64,000 nucleotides of DNA from an uncultured Armatimonadetes bacterium (GTDB lineage Bacteria; Armatimonadota; UBA5829; DTJY01): assembly GCA_963717145.1 (NCBI GenBank), contig OY970325.1:2464001-2528000 (forward strand). Reading direction: 5' to 3'. Made by a program: the position numbers and the translations under genes. The notes under the pieces were generated by a model. The model worked only from the letters and a program-made list of their open reading frames with translations. It did not search any database and was not told the DNA's origin. Shown here one piece after another: positions 18,244-29,453 of this stretch; the first letter of the stretch is position 1, and each line of letters starts with the position of its first letter.

Positions 18244-21200
18244 CTAGTTGAACTCCTTTGCATAGAATCTGGGACATATAGCCTCATAGTAGACGTCGGT
18301 GTTACCCGACCGGGTGCTCGTCCAGAACACCCACAGCTTGCTGAAGAAGGGATCGGAGTCCCTTATGGCACACACCTGCCCCTCGTTGGCGACCTCACTT
18401 GTGAGGTTGCCGAAGGAGTTGCCGTGCGCATCGAGTTCCTCGGTGAGCCGCACAGTGAGGGCCAGCGGCTCGTCATAATCGTTGCCCGCCGCGTCCGGAT
18501 ACGTGACCATGAACGTCTTGCCCTCATCGACACCCGTGAAATAGAGCCGCCCCTTCGCCCAGTCGATCTCCACCGGCCCGGCGGGCTCATCCGGCGACTT
18601 GCTGTCGTTCGGATCCTTGGCAAACTGGATGTCAGCGCCGGCGTTCTTCGCTATCCGGCCGGTCAACTGCATGGTATAGCGGAACGACTTGTAGTAGATG
18701 CTCGTCCCCTTCGTCACCGTTGACGGTCGTCGCCACAGCACCCAGAGGCGATCCACCGTTGCATTGCCGCCCGTCCATGGGGTCGGGAACCAGAAATCTC
18801 CGGGGACCACGCTATACCTCGGGTTGAAACCGCCGTCGAAGAGCGAGTACGGACTGGTGTCGGCCGCTTGATCGGTCGTGAGACGATATGCCCGAGGTCT
18901 GTACGTCGCCGTAACGACGGCGCTCGGGCCCGGGTCGCGGAGGAACTTGACCGTCCCGGCCTCGGTATCGACGATCACCGTGCGGAACAGCGTCTTGAGT
19001 GCCGCTTCCCCGATAGCGCCCCCGGTGTATGTGAAAATCCGCGCGCGTGTCTGCGGGTCGCGAGTATTCGCATAATCAACGTCGCTCGAATCCCTGTTGA
19101 TCCTAAGCGGTGTGGCAAAACTCGGTCCGCTGACCCAGACCTCGAATTCGTCGGTGTCGGGCTCCCAGTCAACGTGCCTGCTGCTGAAGATCGCGGATGC
19201 CGGATCGCGAGTAAGCATCTCTCCGTCGATGAGGGGCATGCTCACCAGGTCCAACTCCACCGTCCCGTTTGTTATAGCTTTCATGTCAGGCTCATAGCGG
19301 CTCAGATAGATATCCGCATTCTTGTGGTACTGCGAATACGCCGAGTAGACGACTTCCAGTGCGTCTATCGGGTCTCCGTCCGCGTCGAGCGCCCGCCTCG
19401 GGATGATGGACGGTTCGGCGGCGGACACTAGCCCTCTCGGAAGCGACAGCCTGCCGTCGTTCGACCAGGAGTCTTCCTCGCCGAATGGCTTGCCGGGGAG
19501 AGGATTCGCATTATAGTAGATACGCCAATTGCTGTTATTACCGCCATACCAGAAGGTCCACAAGGTGCGCTGACCTTCGATGGTCGTGGCCGCGCCTTTG
19601 ACGCCGTACTTCGGCATGGTCCAGTCACGGGTGCTCGAGAAGGCGCTCCCGGTTGGGTTGCCCTGCGCGTCGAGCAGCCAGTAGAACGACTTGTACTCGT
19701 GGGCCTTTGTTTCGGGCGCGGACGCGGTTGCCGGTACCGACCGGACAGCCTCGCCGCCGAAGAACAGCCACGTCGGCAGAGGGCTGTTTGTCGAATCCAT
19801 CGCCGGATCGTGCGCGATCGACGGACTGCTGAACTTCACCGAACTCGCCATAACGGTTCCCGGCCCGCCATTGAAGAAGCTGGCGAGGGCAGCCGGAGTC
19901 GAGGACGGGATTGGAGTAGTGACCGGCGCCCACCACTGAGTGTAACTGCTGGGCTGATTGAGGTTCCAGCCGCTGTTCTGAATCATGCTGGAGTTATACA
20001 GATACCATGACGTGCTTGCCGCCCCTCGCGAACTCGACCAGAACATGTGGAGATTGCCGGCGAGATCCTTGTAGGCAGCCGGAGTCACATCTCCGGCCGA
20101 CAAGTTCGGCGCCGGTATATCGACTTGTGGCGCTGCACCCGGGAGGTAGCCATCCGTGAGCCGGTTCTCGGTCACGGTGATCTTGGCCTCCATCAGCGGG
20201 TTGCCGATCGATTCATTGGGCTCATAGATATCATTGCCGTTCATATCATCGAACAGAGTGAGTGTCCGGGAATACGTGCCGACCGGCGTGCCCACCGGGA
20301 CTGCCACGCTGAAGAATGGTTTCGGCGGAAGCACCGAGCCGTACATGCTCTTCGGCATGTCCGGAATCCTCAGGACCGTTGGCAGCGCCTGTTCCACAGT
20401 AGACTTGTGCAACGTCCGAGAACTCAGACCCATGATAGGCTGGACATCGTTGAGGAACGGCTGATCGAGCGCGCTCACGACAGCGGCGGCCGGTATGTAG
20501 GAGCCGTAGGGACGCCATATATGGCCTGCAGTATCGTACCAGACGCTGCCCTCTGCTATATCGCTGAACAGGTCGAGAGTATACAGATCACCGTTCTGCT
20601 GCCTTGCGCGTCTCGCCAACTGCACGTTGAGCAGATTGACGTTTCCCTGATTGTAGGCCGTGAACGGCTTGAACCACTGATCGAAGAACCCCCGCGCCGT
20701 CCCCGCGCCCGGCAGATGCGCGTTGTCACCGAGTACGTTGTAGAACACCCCCGGCAGCGCGGCGCCACCGGTCAGGCCGAAGCCGTGCGGAACCGCGCCG
20801 ATATCGAAAGTCTTTTCGCCGACCTCCACGCGATAGTCGGGTGGGACATGGACCTGAGTGTTGAATTCACGATACGCCTCAGCCCTGGCGCCCGTGACGC
20901 TCTGCTGGTAGAGGACCGACGAGCCGAGTGAACCCGGTCGGTTGAGCCGCCCGTCGCCGTTCGAATCGATGAAGGCGTACACCCTTCCGGTGTATCCCGT
21001 GGCGCTCAGTACCGTGTCACTGGTGTTGTACGGCATCGGCATGTTGGGCGGTTGGAACCGTGGAACGGAGATGACCTCCCCCATGGGAGTGGCCTGAACG
21101 TTCCATGGAGTAGCCACATCCGGGACTACAGTCGCCCCTCCGGGCCTCAGCGTGGACTCCTCCAAGGTCGGATCGAGCCGGCTCTCCGCCATGGTGAAAT

Positions 21201-24200
21201 TCACCTGGCGACCACGGATGTCCGGATAGTCCAGACTCGTATTCGCCCCGAACAGCGGGGGTCGAACCTCCCATGGGAGAGCCGTGGAACTGCCGGCGAC
21301 GTGCCAGATCTGGTTCTCGCCGCCCGTCCATTCCAGGTCGTTGCGCTCGACTCTGAACTTCGAGAGCCTGTTGCCCGTGAGACTCAGAAGGCTTCGATCG
21401 CAGGGAAGGATCAGGCGCTCGTCGGAGTTGGTGCCGTGCGCCACCAGGTCGCCCGACGCTCCACGCACCCAGGGCCGGTTGCCACGGTTTCCGTTGTCGT
21501 GGACCGGAGAGCCCATGTCATCTTTGGCGCGGTCCGTCTTATATGTCAGCGGCAAGGTGCCGGGGTCCACACCGACGAGGTGTTGTACGCCACTCGGGTC
21601 AACGTATGCGAGACCGAGCGGATTGTTGATGGATATCCGCTGCGGCTGGAACTTGGCGTGATCGTATACCGGTGGCAGATTCGGGTCCACGGGATCCGGT
21701 TTCGTCGGAAGCGTGCCGTCTTTTAGGAGTTCGGGGGCCACGCAATCGCCCGCAGTCCCGCCCTTGTTTATGCTGCCGGTCTTTGTGCTCGGCAACTCCT
21801 GGACGCTGATCGTGATCCGGCTGCCCGGCGCCTGTGCGCTGCTGCTCGAGGACGTCCCGAGCACGTATGCGTACTTGGCGTAGAACACCGGCTTGCCGGT
21901 CTTAGTGTCCAGGAACGAGCCCTTCTCAGTCATCGTGAGAGCTGTGGACTGATCGCTCTGATCCCCCGGGCCACGGCTCTTGATGGTGAGCCTGAGCGTG
22001 CTGTCAGTCTCGAGCGTGAACTTGTCGCCAAGCTTGCCCTTCACCCATTTGGTGTCCGGATCAGTTGATGCGGGATCATTCGGATCGAGACAGCTCCAGG
22101 CGATGACATAGCAGGTCTCGCCCCACTCGTACGGGAACGACAGGCGATGGTTGTGCTGCGGCTGATATGTGGGCGGGCCCTCCACTTCGGCGCGCGAAAC
22201 CTTGTGCAGGTCGGCATCCGCGATGATGCTGGTTGGAAGCTCTATGCCTGTCTTCACGGCGTCGAACTCGGCTCGGCGGAAGATGTCGACCTCGACCTGC
22301 GACAGGATGTCACTTTCACTCGACTCATCGTCTCCCGGTGGCCCGTCCGGATCGATGTCGTAGTTCCAGCCCTCTGCGCCGCCGCCCGGGCCGCCGGTGG
22401 TTCGGGTAGAGAAAGCCCAGGTGATGCCGGACATGTCGCCCACGAATATCCTGTCCTCGGCGATTGCGGGAGAAGATACCACAGCGCCCAGTAGGCCGTA
22501 CTTCCAAAGCTTCGTGCCATAGCGAAGGTTTATGCCGTGCAGTGTGCCGCCCTGATTGCCTACAAACGCCATCGGCGTTCCTGCGGAGGTCACCTGCACG
22601 CCCGCGGGGCTCGAGTAGATCTCGCTGACAAGATCGGGGAAGCCATCGGCCCATCCAGTAATGGGCCTGCCGGCCAGCGCATCCAGGCCGATCAAGGAGC
22701 CATCCGACGATCCGATCGCCATCGTGTTGTCATCGAACATGAGAGGCGACGACCACAGGAACGAGCCTCGGGCCTCCTCGCCCAACGCGGGATCGGGATA
22801 TACCCATTCCTGGGCGCCTGTGTTCTTGTTCAGGCAGACGATGTGTCCGGCCGTATCCGAGGTTACGGTAGTGGGAGGCACAAATGCGTCGCTTCCGATG
22901 CCGAAGTAGAGTTTGTCGCCATAGACCGCGATGGTGCTCGATATCTGGCCGAGTACATCAGGCGGAGTGGTGACGGGGTCTGCAGGCGGCGTCGGGTAGA
23001 TCCATTTTTCGGTACATGTGTTGCCTCGGTCGGTCACCGCATATACGCGGCCGTCCGCCGACCCGATATAGATCGTGTTGCCGTCGACCGTCGGAGATGC
23101 CTCGATGCGTCCGATGGGACCCCTCTTCTTCGCGTCCAGGTCATTCGGGTCCGGATAGACCCAGACCGGATCGTGGTTGTTCGGACTGCTGACGTCAAAG
23201 CAGTAGAGCCTGCCACTGGTGCTCCCAATGTAGACTCTCTCTCCGTTGGAACTGACGGCCGGCGACGACATGTCGAACACGCCGAGGTGCGCGGGAACGA
23301 CCTTGATCGCGTCGGCGGCCACCCATCTCTCGCCAACCGATGGATCATTCACGGAGGTAACATTCGACAACTCGACCTTCACCTTGAGGTTGTCGGCGTT
23401 GGTCTTGTACTTGCCCAGGAATGCCCAGGTTCCGCCACTGGCCTGCTGGCTGATCGTGACGTCAACCGGAGTCTCCGCACCGACGGTGATGGTGTACTTA
23501 GCATCGGAGACAAAGACCTCGGCGGTGGTCGACGGCGGGATCCATGCGTAGATCGAGTACTCGTCTTTGTTCTTGACGGTTATGCCATCCCACGTAGCCG
23601 TTCCGCCGGAGTTGGCCTTCACCTGCTTGAAGTCATCGCCCTGAAATCCCGGGTGAAAACCGTTGACCCAGCCTGGAGCAGTGGGGTCGTCGTCGATATA
23701 GCCGGGACCCTGCCAGACAATGCGCGACGAGTCAGGCATATTGATGGGCCTGGACGTCGTGCGGATCACGTACAGCTGGCCGTCCAGCGCAGGACAATAC
23801 GCAACTTTGATCCCACCGATATCCCCGGTCACAGGAGAGGCGGAGAACCCGCCGGCAATCCAGTTATCGGTGTTGAACGGGAAATTCCACTGCGCGAACC
23901 CTCGGTCGTCCTTCCCTACGGTGGCAGCATCGTCTTCCGACGCAACGCCGTACACCGCCCCGACACGCTTCGCTCCCGACTGGATGACCTTCTTCGTGGT
24001 CCCGATGGGACTGCCGTTCTCGTCGATCAGCGGGACATCGGTGGTCACCGTCTGGAGCGGCCGGTTCTCGGTCACGCACGTGATCACGAGATCGTCCCAG
24101 TTCTGGGCGACGGGGTCCTCACCTGTCGTATGGGCCGGGGAGGAAAGCACGCTGCCGAGATCCTGCCTGAGAGTGACTCCGTCCGCAATCACGATCCCGT

Positions 24201-24894
24201 CCGCGCCGGCACTGGTCAGAGACACCCTGATGTACTGGTCGTCGCGCACCATGAATGCACTGCTCGACAGCACCATCCAACTGCCGCCGGACGTCTGATC
24301 GACAGTGAAAACCTGCGACGACACGACAGCACCAGCAGGGTAAGGGTCGCTCAGGATCTCCACCGTATAGCGCGCATTCGTTGCCTGCTTCTTCTGACCG
24401 GGATACTGGTCCGCATAGGTCTGTGACGGGAACCAGACGTACACGTAATACGCCACCAGCGCGCCCTTCTGCCCCTCTATCTCCGGAGTACCCGGATTGT
24501 CCGCCAGCGGGAAGCTCCAGGTGGCCGTAGCGCCGGAGCCTGGTTGCGCCCACCAGAAGTCTCCCTGGTACGCATTCGGACCGATCGTAGAATCGGCTGG
24601 GGTCCATGCACCCGTCGTGACGAAGAGTGGACGGCCTTGGTAATCCGTATCCTGCCTAAGCCGGGGGGGGTCCAGATCGTTGTTGAGGAAATCGTTGTCG
24701 ACCGCACTGACCCCGTTCTCAGGAGCGGGGAAGACCCATATCGGCGCCGGGTCAGTTCCCGCAAGCGCTCCGTCCTCCGCCCTGCCCGTCCGAGCCGTGT
24801 CGTGGCGATACATCGGCCAGATGCTGGCCTGTACGACCACCGCTACGGTGAGCAGCAGCATGACTATCAAGAATGCTTTGAGTCGTATCTTCAT
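18244..24894 (-). CDS. Giant secreted protein (~2216 aa): PQQ-like beta-propeller repeats plus two Golvesin/xanthan-lyase-type beta-sandwich modules; PilY1 position
   Basis: Signal MKIRLKAFLIVMLLL; WPMYRHDTARTG; repeated SSPA...YIGS.DG..YA...W.YP; two ATW...Y.VY.W.P...A.YT...Q..GG.W...AD.V modules. Confidence 0.8.
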   Translation of the reverse strand: MKIRLKAFLIVMLLLTVAVVVQASIWPMYRHDTARTGRAEDGALAGTDPAPIWVFPAPENGVSAVDNDFLNNDLDPPRLRQDTDYQGRPLFVTTGAWTPADSTIGPNAYQGDFWWAQPGSGATATWSFPLADNPGTPEIEGQKGALVAYYVYVWFPSQTYADQYPGQKKQATNARYTVEILSDPYPAGAVVSSQVFTVDQTSGGSWMVLSSSAFMVRDDQYIRVSLTSAGADGIVIADGVTLRQDLGSVLSSPAHTTGEDPVAQNWDDLVITCVTENRPLQTVTTDVPLIDENGSPIGTTKKVIQSGAKRVGAVYGVASEDDAATVGKDDRGFAQWNFPFNTDNWIAGGFSASPVTGDIGGIKVAYCPALDGQLYVIRTTSRPINMPDSSRIVWQGPGYIDDDPTAPGWVNGFHPGFQGDDFKQVKANSGGTATWDGITVKNKDEYSIYAWIPPSTTAEVFVSDAKYTITVGAETPVDVTISQQASGGTWAFLGKYKTNADNLKVKVELSNVTSVNDPSVGERWVAADAIKVVPAHLGVFDMSSPAVSSNGERVYIGSTSGRLYCFDVSSPNNHDPVWVYPDPNDLDAKKRGPIGRIEASPTVDGNTIYIGSADGRVYAVTDRGNTCTEKWIYPTPPADPVTTPPDVLGQISSTIAVYGDKLYFGIGSDAFVPPTTVTSDTAGHIVCLNKNTGAQEWVYPDPALGEEARGSFLWSSPLMFDDNTMAIGSSDGSLIGLDALAGRPITGWADGFPDLVSEIYSSPAGVQVTSAGTPMAFVGNQGGTLHGINLRYGTKLWKYGLLGAVVSSPAIAEDRIFVGDMSGITWAFSTRTTGGPGGGAEGWNYDIDPDGPPGDDESSESDILSQVEVDIFRRAEFDAVKTGIELPTSIIADADLHKVSRAEVEGPPTYQPQHNHRLSFPYEWGETCYVIAWSCLDPNDPASTDPDTKWVKGKLGDKFTLETDSTLRLTIKSRGPGDQSDQSTALTMTEKGSFLDTKTGKPVFYAKYAYVLGTSSSSSAQAPGSRITISVQELPSTKTGSINKGGTAGDCVAPELLKDGTLPTKPDPVDPNLPPVYDHAKFQPQRISINNPLGLAYVDPSGVQHLVGVDPGTLPLTYKTDRAKDDMGSPVHDNGNRGNRPWVRGASGDLVAHGTNSDERLILPCDRSLLSLTGNRLSKFRVERNDLEWTGGENQIWHVAGSSTALPWEVRPPLFGANTSLDYPDIRGRQVNFTMAESRLDPTLEESTLRPGGATVVPDVATPWNVQATPMGEVISVPRFQPPNMPMPYNTSDTVLSATGYTGRVYAFIDSNGDGRLNRPGSLGSSVLYQQSVTGARAEAYREFNTQVHVPPDYRVEVGEKTFDIGAVPHGFGLTGGAALPGVFYNVLGDNAHLPGAGTARGFFDQWFKPFTAYNQGNVNLLNVQLARRARQQNGDLYTLDLFSDIAEGSVWYDTAGHIWRPYGSYIPAAAVVSALDQPFLNDVQPIMGLSSRTLHKSTVEQALPTVLRIPDMPKSMYGSVLPPKPFFSVAVPVGTPVGTYSRTLTLFDDMNGNDIYEPNESIGNPLMEAKITVTENRLTDGYLPGAAPQVDIPAPNLSAGDVTPAAYKDLAGNLHMFWSSSRGAASTSWYLYNSSMIQNSGWNLNQPSSYTQWWAPVTTPIPSSTPAALASFFNGGPGTVMASSVKFSSPSIAHDPAMDSTNSPLPTWLFFGGEAVRSVPATASAPETKAHEYKSFYWLLDAQGNPTGSAFSSTRDWTMPKYGVKGAATTIEGQRTLWTFWYGGNNSNWRIYYNANPLPGKPFGEEDSWSNDGRLSLPRGLVSAAEPSIIPRRALDADGDPIDALEVVYSAYSQYHKNADIYLSRYEPDMKAITNGTVELDLVSMPLIDGEMLTRDPASAIFSSRHVDWEPDTDEFEVWVSGPSFATPLRINRDSSDVDYANTRDPQTRARIFTYTGGAIGEAALKTLFRTVIVDTEAGTVKFLRDPGPSAVVTATYRPRAYRLTTDQAADTSPYSLFDGGFNPRYSVVPGDFWFPTPWTGGNATVDRLWVLWRRPSTVTKGTSIYYKSFRYTMQLTGRIAKNAGADIQFAKDPNDSKSPDEPAGPVEIDWAKGRLYFTGVDEGKTFMVTYPDAAGNDYDEPLALTVRLTEELDAHGNSFGNLTSEVANEGQVCAIRDSDPFFSKLWVFWTSTRSGNTDVYYEAICPRFYAKEFN

Positions 24895-24907
24895 TTCGGA
24901 TACACCT

Positions 24908-25034
24908 TGTAGTGGCCGTGCCTCTGTGCCGGCCATATCGCCGTCCGGAGACACCTGCCACATGATCCACTGGCCGGCACGGAGGCACGGCCACTACACT
25001 TCACTGGAGCCGGCACGGGAGCACGGCCATCACA
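24908..25034. repeat. GTAG-type REPIN copy 1 plus degenerate third REP
   Basis: GTAGTGGCCGTGCCTCTGTGCCGGCCA at 24909, inverted copy ending 24997, decayed copy ~25005-25034. Confidence 0.9.
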
Positions 25035-25038
25035 CGTC

Positions 25039-28000
25039 CTACTGAAGCAGTCTTTCCGCGCTTGCCGGCTGCTCCAGAAGAGAATACTGATCTTGTCCGG
25101 CCGAGATCTGTCTGCGCCCAATCTGCAGGCGGTTGTAGGATCGCAATACCATGGTGAGATCGCTGTTCAACTCGAATATCTCGCCCTTCGTCTGCGAGCC
25201 CAGACTCGATGCCTTGCTCGTCACGAGCAGGTTCCCACTCGGGAGAAGCTGAGCATATGACACCTGAATCGGCCTGGGGTGCTGCGCGACCAGGTAGCTG
25301 GCCGAATCAACCGGAGTCGGCGAACCAACGTCGAACTGCATGCAGTGGAGTCCATTCGCATCACCGATGATGTCCGTGAATGTCGTCTTGCTCTTGGACA
25401 CGCGGGTGAAGAAAGTCGGGTTGATCAGCCTTACTGTCGGCGTCGGTTCCGTTTTTGGATCTACCGGTCTGCCGTCGGATCTGTCCGCAAACCGCCGGAC
25501 ACCGTTGGGACGGATCAGCCCACCGAGGTAAGCGGGATCACTCGGAGACGCACCCACGGGCAAGTACATGTGGTCCAGGGTCACTATCGCGCCACCCGAG
25601 GTCTCGAGCCTGCTCGATTCGGGCACCAGGTTGTCGACCACGCAGATGACTTCGTCGTAGCCGTCCTCAGGGTTGAAATACTGTCGGGCGCTGATGTAAT
25701 GATACCGCTTGCCCTGCTGCAGGGTCCGACTGCTCCATCGCAGTATGGGCGGCCCGTATCGACCGATGGCCGAATTGAAGACGGAATCCACCTCGATGAC
25801 TCGGTAGTTTCCGCTATCGGTGATCAGGAAGCGATAGGCCATGGTACCGGAAGTCGGATCCATGACCGCTTTCATCCATACGTCGGTTGGCGCATTGAGC
25901 TTGTACTCCAGCGGCGAACCCGGCGGTAGGATGGGTATCCTAGGCTGTAAGGTCACTGGATCCACATCCGGGTCAAGGAATCCGGTGATCTCCACGAGCG
26001 CGTTACCGGCTCTGTCGATCAGGACTACGCGGTTGTTCCCGGTGTCGGCGACCAGTATGTTGCTGGTCCCTATACGCCGGGCCACAGCCGGCTTGTTGAA
26101 GGCAATCTTGGTGGCCGCATATGCGGGCGTAGGGGTGGGCGGCCCTTGCAGGCGAGTGCCCGTATATGAGGTCGTGCCATCGCAGGACCAGACGACGCGG
26201 CCGGCCACATCCATCTCCAGGACGCGGCGGCTGTCGGCCACCAGGGTAAGCCCGTTGCACAGGACGGCAAGCCCCTCGGGTGAACTGATGGCGATATTCC
26301 CATGAGAGCCCGCGACCGTCGAGAGGATCGGCCCACCGAGCCCGGGTTGGGCCACTTGGGGAGCCGGCGGGTTGGGATCCGGCCATATCCACCTGTAGCT
26401 GTCGGGATCCGCCGGTGCAGGCTGTCCATCCGCTGTATTCTCAGCGATGTACTGCACGTCGATCGCGTGCAGTCTGCCGTCGTTGGCCCCAACCCCGAAG
26501 TACAACGTGCTTCCCATCAGCATCGGTGATGACGTAATCGCCCCTTCGGGGATCTTCATATACCAGGCCAGGTTGTTCCAGGAATCGTCGGTGAACTGGT
26601 AGCCGCTGGGCGGCGGGAAGGCCTGATGGATCTGTTCGACTCGGGTACCCGGCCCGGACTCGGTCGGCGGGAAGAACCGCACGACCAGGTCTTGGGAAGA
26701 ACTCAGCGGGTCGAGGAAGTTCTCCATCGTGATGCGGCCCTTGTCGTAGTCGATCTTGAAAGCTACCCGGCGGCGGGACGTATCCGTACCCTCAGCCGCT
26801 CCGCTTACGGCGATCGGGTCTCGGCCGGGGTTCATGCTGTCGTATTGCAGCACCTCGACCGGACGGCGGGAGTCGATCGGCCCCCCGACGCTGATGCGGA
26901 AGACCGGATCGGCGTGGAATGCCAAGATGCATCCTCCGCTGCCGCTGTTGACCGCGTAGTAGACCATGTCGTTCCCGACTGCGGGCGAGCCTACTATCGT
27001 TGCTTGCCCTCCAATCAGGTTCATTGGACCGGGATCGCCCAGATACCAGCGCCACTTGGTGGTGATGCCCCACCCGTCTTCGATGACCGAGTAGAACGAG
27101 CCGTTCTCCGTGCCGTAGTAAAGCGCATCACTCGGAGCCGCGGCCGGAGTCGACGTAACGCCTGCGCCGGTTGGAGCCCCGGCGGTGACGATCTGGTTCT
27201 TCACATCGATCCGCTGGCGATACATCGGCGGAGGAATGGGAGTCCCGATACCGCTGGTGTCGATCTCATAGTCGGCGATCACGGATGAGCCGATCGGCAC
27301 GGGGGTCGCGACCTGGAATGTGCCTATGTCGGGCGGCGCGCAGACCGTCGCAGCTACCGGCTGGAGGCCACCGTTGGGCAGAGTAATGTACAACTGATAG
27401 GTAGGTGGATCGCCGGCACTGGCCGGCTCCTTGATGGGCATCTGGCTGTACTTCCGGATTCGATACCGGTTGACACCGCCCGGCGCCGCAGTCAGCACCT
27501 CGTTGAAAACCTTGATCGGGAAGCTGTAGATGCATCCGTTGGCGCTGTTCGGCTTGCCCCGCGAGGCCAGGTAGACCAACTGGTCCACCGACCCGGTAAT
27601 CGGGTTGCGGAAGTATCCTACCGTCGGCGAGTTCAGCGTCGGCGGAAGGTTCGGAATGGGACTGTACGGCCATCTCCACAAAGAGCCGCCGAGCAGGTCG
27701 TTACACTGCAGCCAGCCCATGCCATCTCCCACGTAGACAACACCATCGAAGTAGGTCGGCGCGGGGATGTTTATCTTACCAGGCTCGTCCTGCGGGTATG
27801 GGTTAACCGTCATGATCAGTGGAGTGCCACCGGTCAAGGGAGCGCCGGTCGTCGCTTCGAAGGCCAGGATCTTGCCGCTCATCGTGGCAACGAACACCGC
27901 CGGGATGGCCTTGCCCTTGCCGATCGTGACGTACGCCACTGTCGGAGAAGATGCAGGGCTATCGCACGGGAACATCCATACCTCGTCCCACGCCGTTCCC

Positions 28001-29276
28001 TGGGAGTAGTCCCTCAACTGCTTGGCGGGAGGATCCGAAGCGACATAATCGTCCGGGTCGCCGTCTTGAACGTACGCGCCACTGCTGCTCCGCATCGGGA
28101 GATCCTGAGCGGGCGACAAGTCGAATGCGTGAAGAAAACCGCCGGCATCGACGTAGAAAACCATGTCGTTCAGTATCGCGGGCGATGAACCGGTCGGGAG
28201 CTTCGCGGACGGCATGTCGAAGTTCCACTTGAGGGACAGAGGCGCGCCGACCTCATCGTAGGAGTAGCCGGTATGTCTGGCATCCTTGTGGAACGAGGTA
28301 TGCTCGCCGCCCCACGAAACAATATTCGACGCCGCCTTCAAATCCTCCGACGGGGCGAGCCCAGCGAGGCCGGGCGGACAGAAGCGAGGATTGCCGTTGG
28401 AACCAAAGGTACTGATCGCGTATCCGATACTCTCAGCCGATGCGACGATGTGGCCGCTGCCGTACTGGGAGGCTATCATCACGGGATTGGCGAGGCCTGC
28501 TCCAGTCCCGATCACCGTCATGAAATACATGTCACCATAGGTGGCGTACCCCACACTCCGACTTCCGGCGAAATGTGGACCCCTGCCGGCCACCTCATTG
28601 GAATCGGTCCGAGCTTGTGGAGTTCGTCCCAGGAGAGATCATACGGACGGTGTACCAGCGGGTGTACGAGGTTCGGAGCGCCCGCCCATCCGCCGCTCCC
28701 ATTGCCGAACACCAAGTCGGGCGTAATGAAGCCGCCGAGCGTCACTCCGCCGGTGGTGCAGTTCTCGACCCAAAGCATTCCTCCGGCATCGACCAGCTTG
28801 CGTAGTTTCTCCCGGTAGTGCCGGCCAAGAGCATAGTTGCCGAGCAGCACGCTGTCTCCCAGACCGACATACAGGACGTCGAACTGGGATAACTCCTTGA
28901 ATCCGGCGTCTATCTTCACTTCCCAGTAGCATCCCATGTCTTTGTTGACCTGGTCACCGAGGTTGTATGCCGTGCCACCCACTCCGGACCAGCGCACCCG
29001 GATCTCGTCGCTCACACGGGACGGCGACACCGGATTGACAAAATCCCAGCCCTGTGGCTTGACATCCGTCCGCTGGTTGAGCACGTGAAAGACGTAGGGC
29101 GCGGGCGCCGGAGTCAAGTAGGCGCCGCTCGCGTTGGGAAAGATCAACACTCCGGCCTTGATCTCCTTGCGGTGGCTCGAATATGTGAAACTCGCCGAGT
29201 CAGCGATACCGACCGCCACGACGGTCAGGAGCGCCGCGAGTATCAGGATGCATATTATCCGGTTGATCATAGTCAT
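25039..29276 (-). CDS. Large secreted protein (~1410 aa): DUF4159-like N-terminus, PQQ-like and NHL-like propeller repeats (frameshift near 28600)
   Basis: Signal peptide and REKLRKLVDAGGMLWVEN in ORF 28518-29315; overlapping ORF 25039-28593 with FHKDARHTGY, SSPAI, LVADTGNNRVV. Confidence 0.75.
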
Positions 29277-29354
29277 CACCAAAGTCGAGCCGGGCGTGCC
29301 CGGCGTGCCTCTCACTTAGTTAAACGATTCCCAGCCCACTCTTGTTCCCTCGTT

Positions 29355-29449
29355 GGAGGGCGAGGCTACGCTGTAGGGGCGTGCCTTGTGCCGCCCGACG
29401 GAGTTGCGGGCGGCACAAGGCACGCCCCTACAGCGGAGCCTCGCCCTCC
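29355..29449. repeat. Compound palindrome: GTAG REPIN variant nested in GGAGGGCGAGGCT arms
   Basis: GGAGGGCGAGGCTaCGCT-GTAGGGGCGTGCCTTGTGCCGCCCG, 9-nt loop, then near-perfect reverse complement. Confidence 0.9.
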
Positions 29450-29453
29450 CACA

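Noticed and set aside
24895-24963. N-terminal ORF extensions, including the recurring RPAQRHGHY peptide (34237, 49973) and the extension to 53315
   Set aside because: Translations of intergenic palindromes; real starts lie downstream at signal peptides
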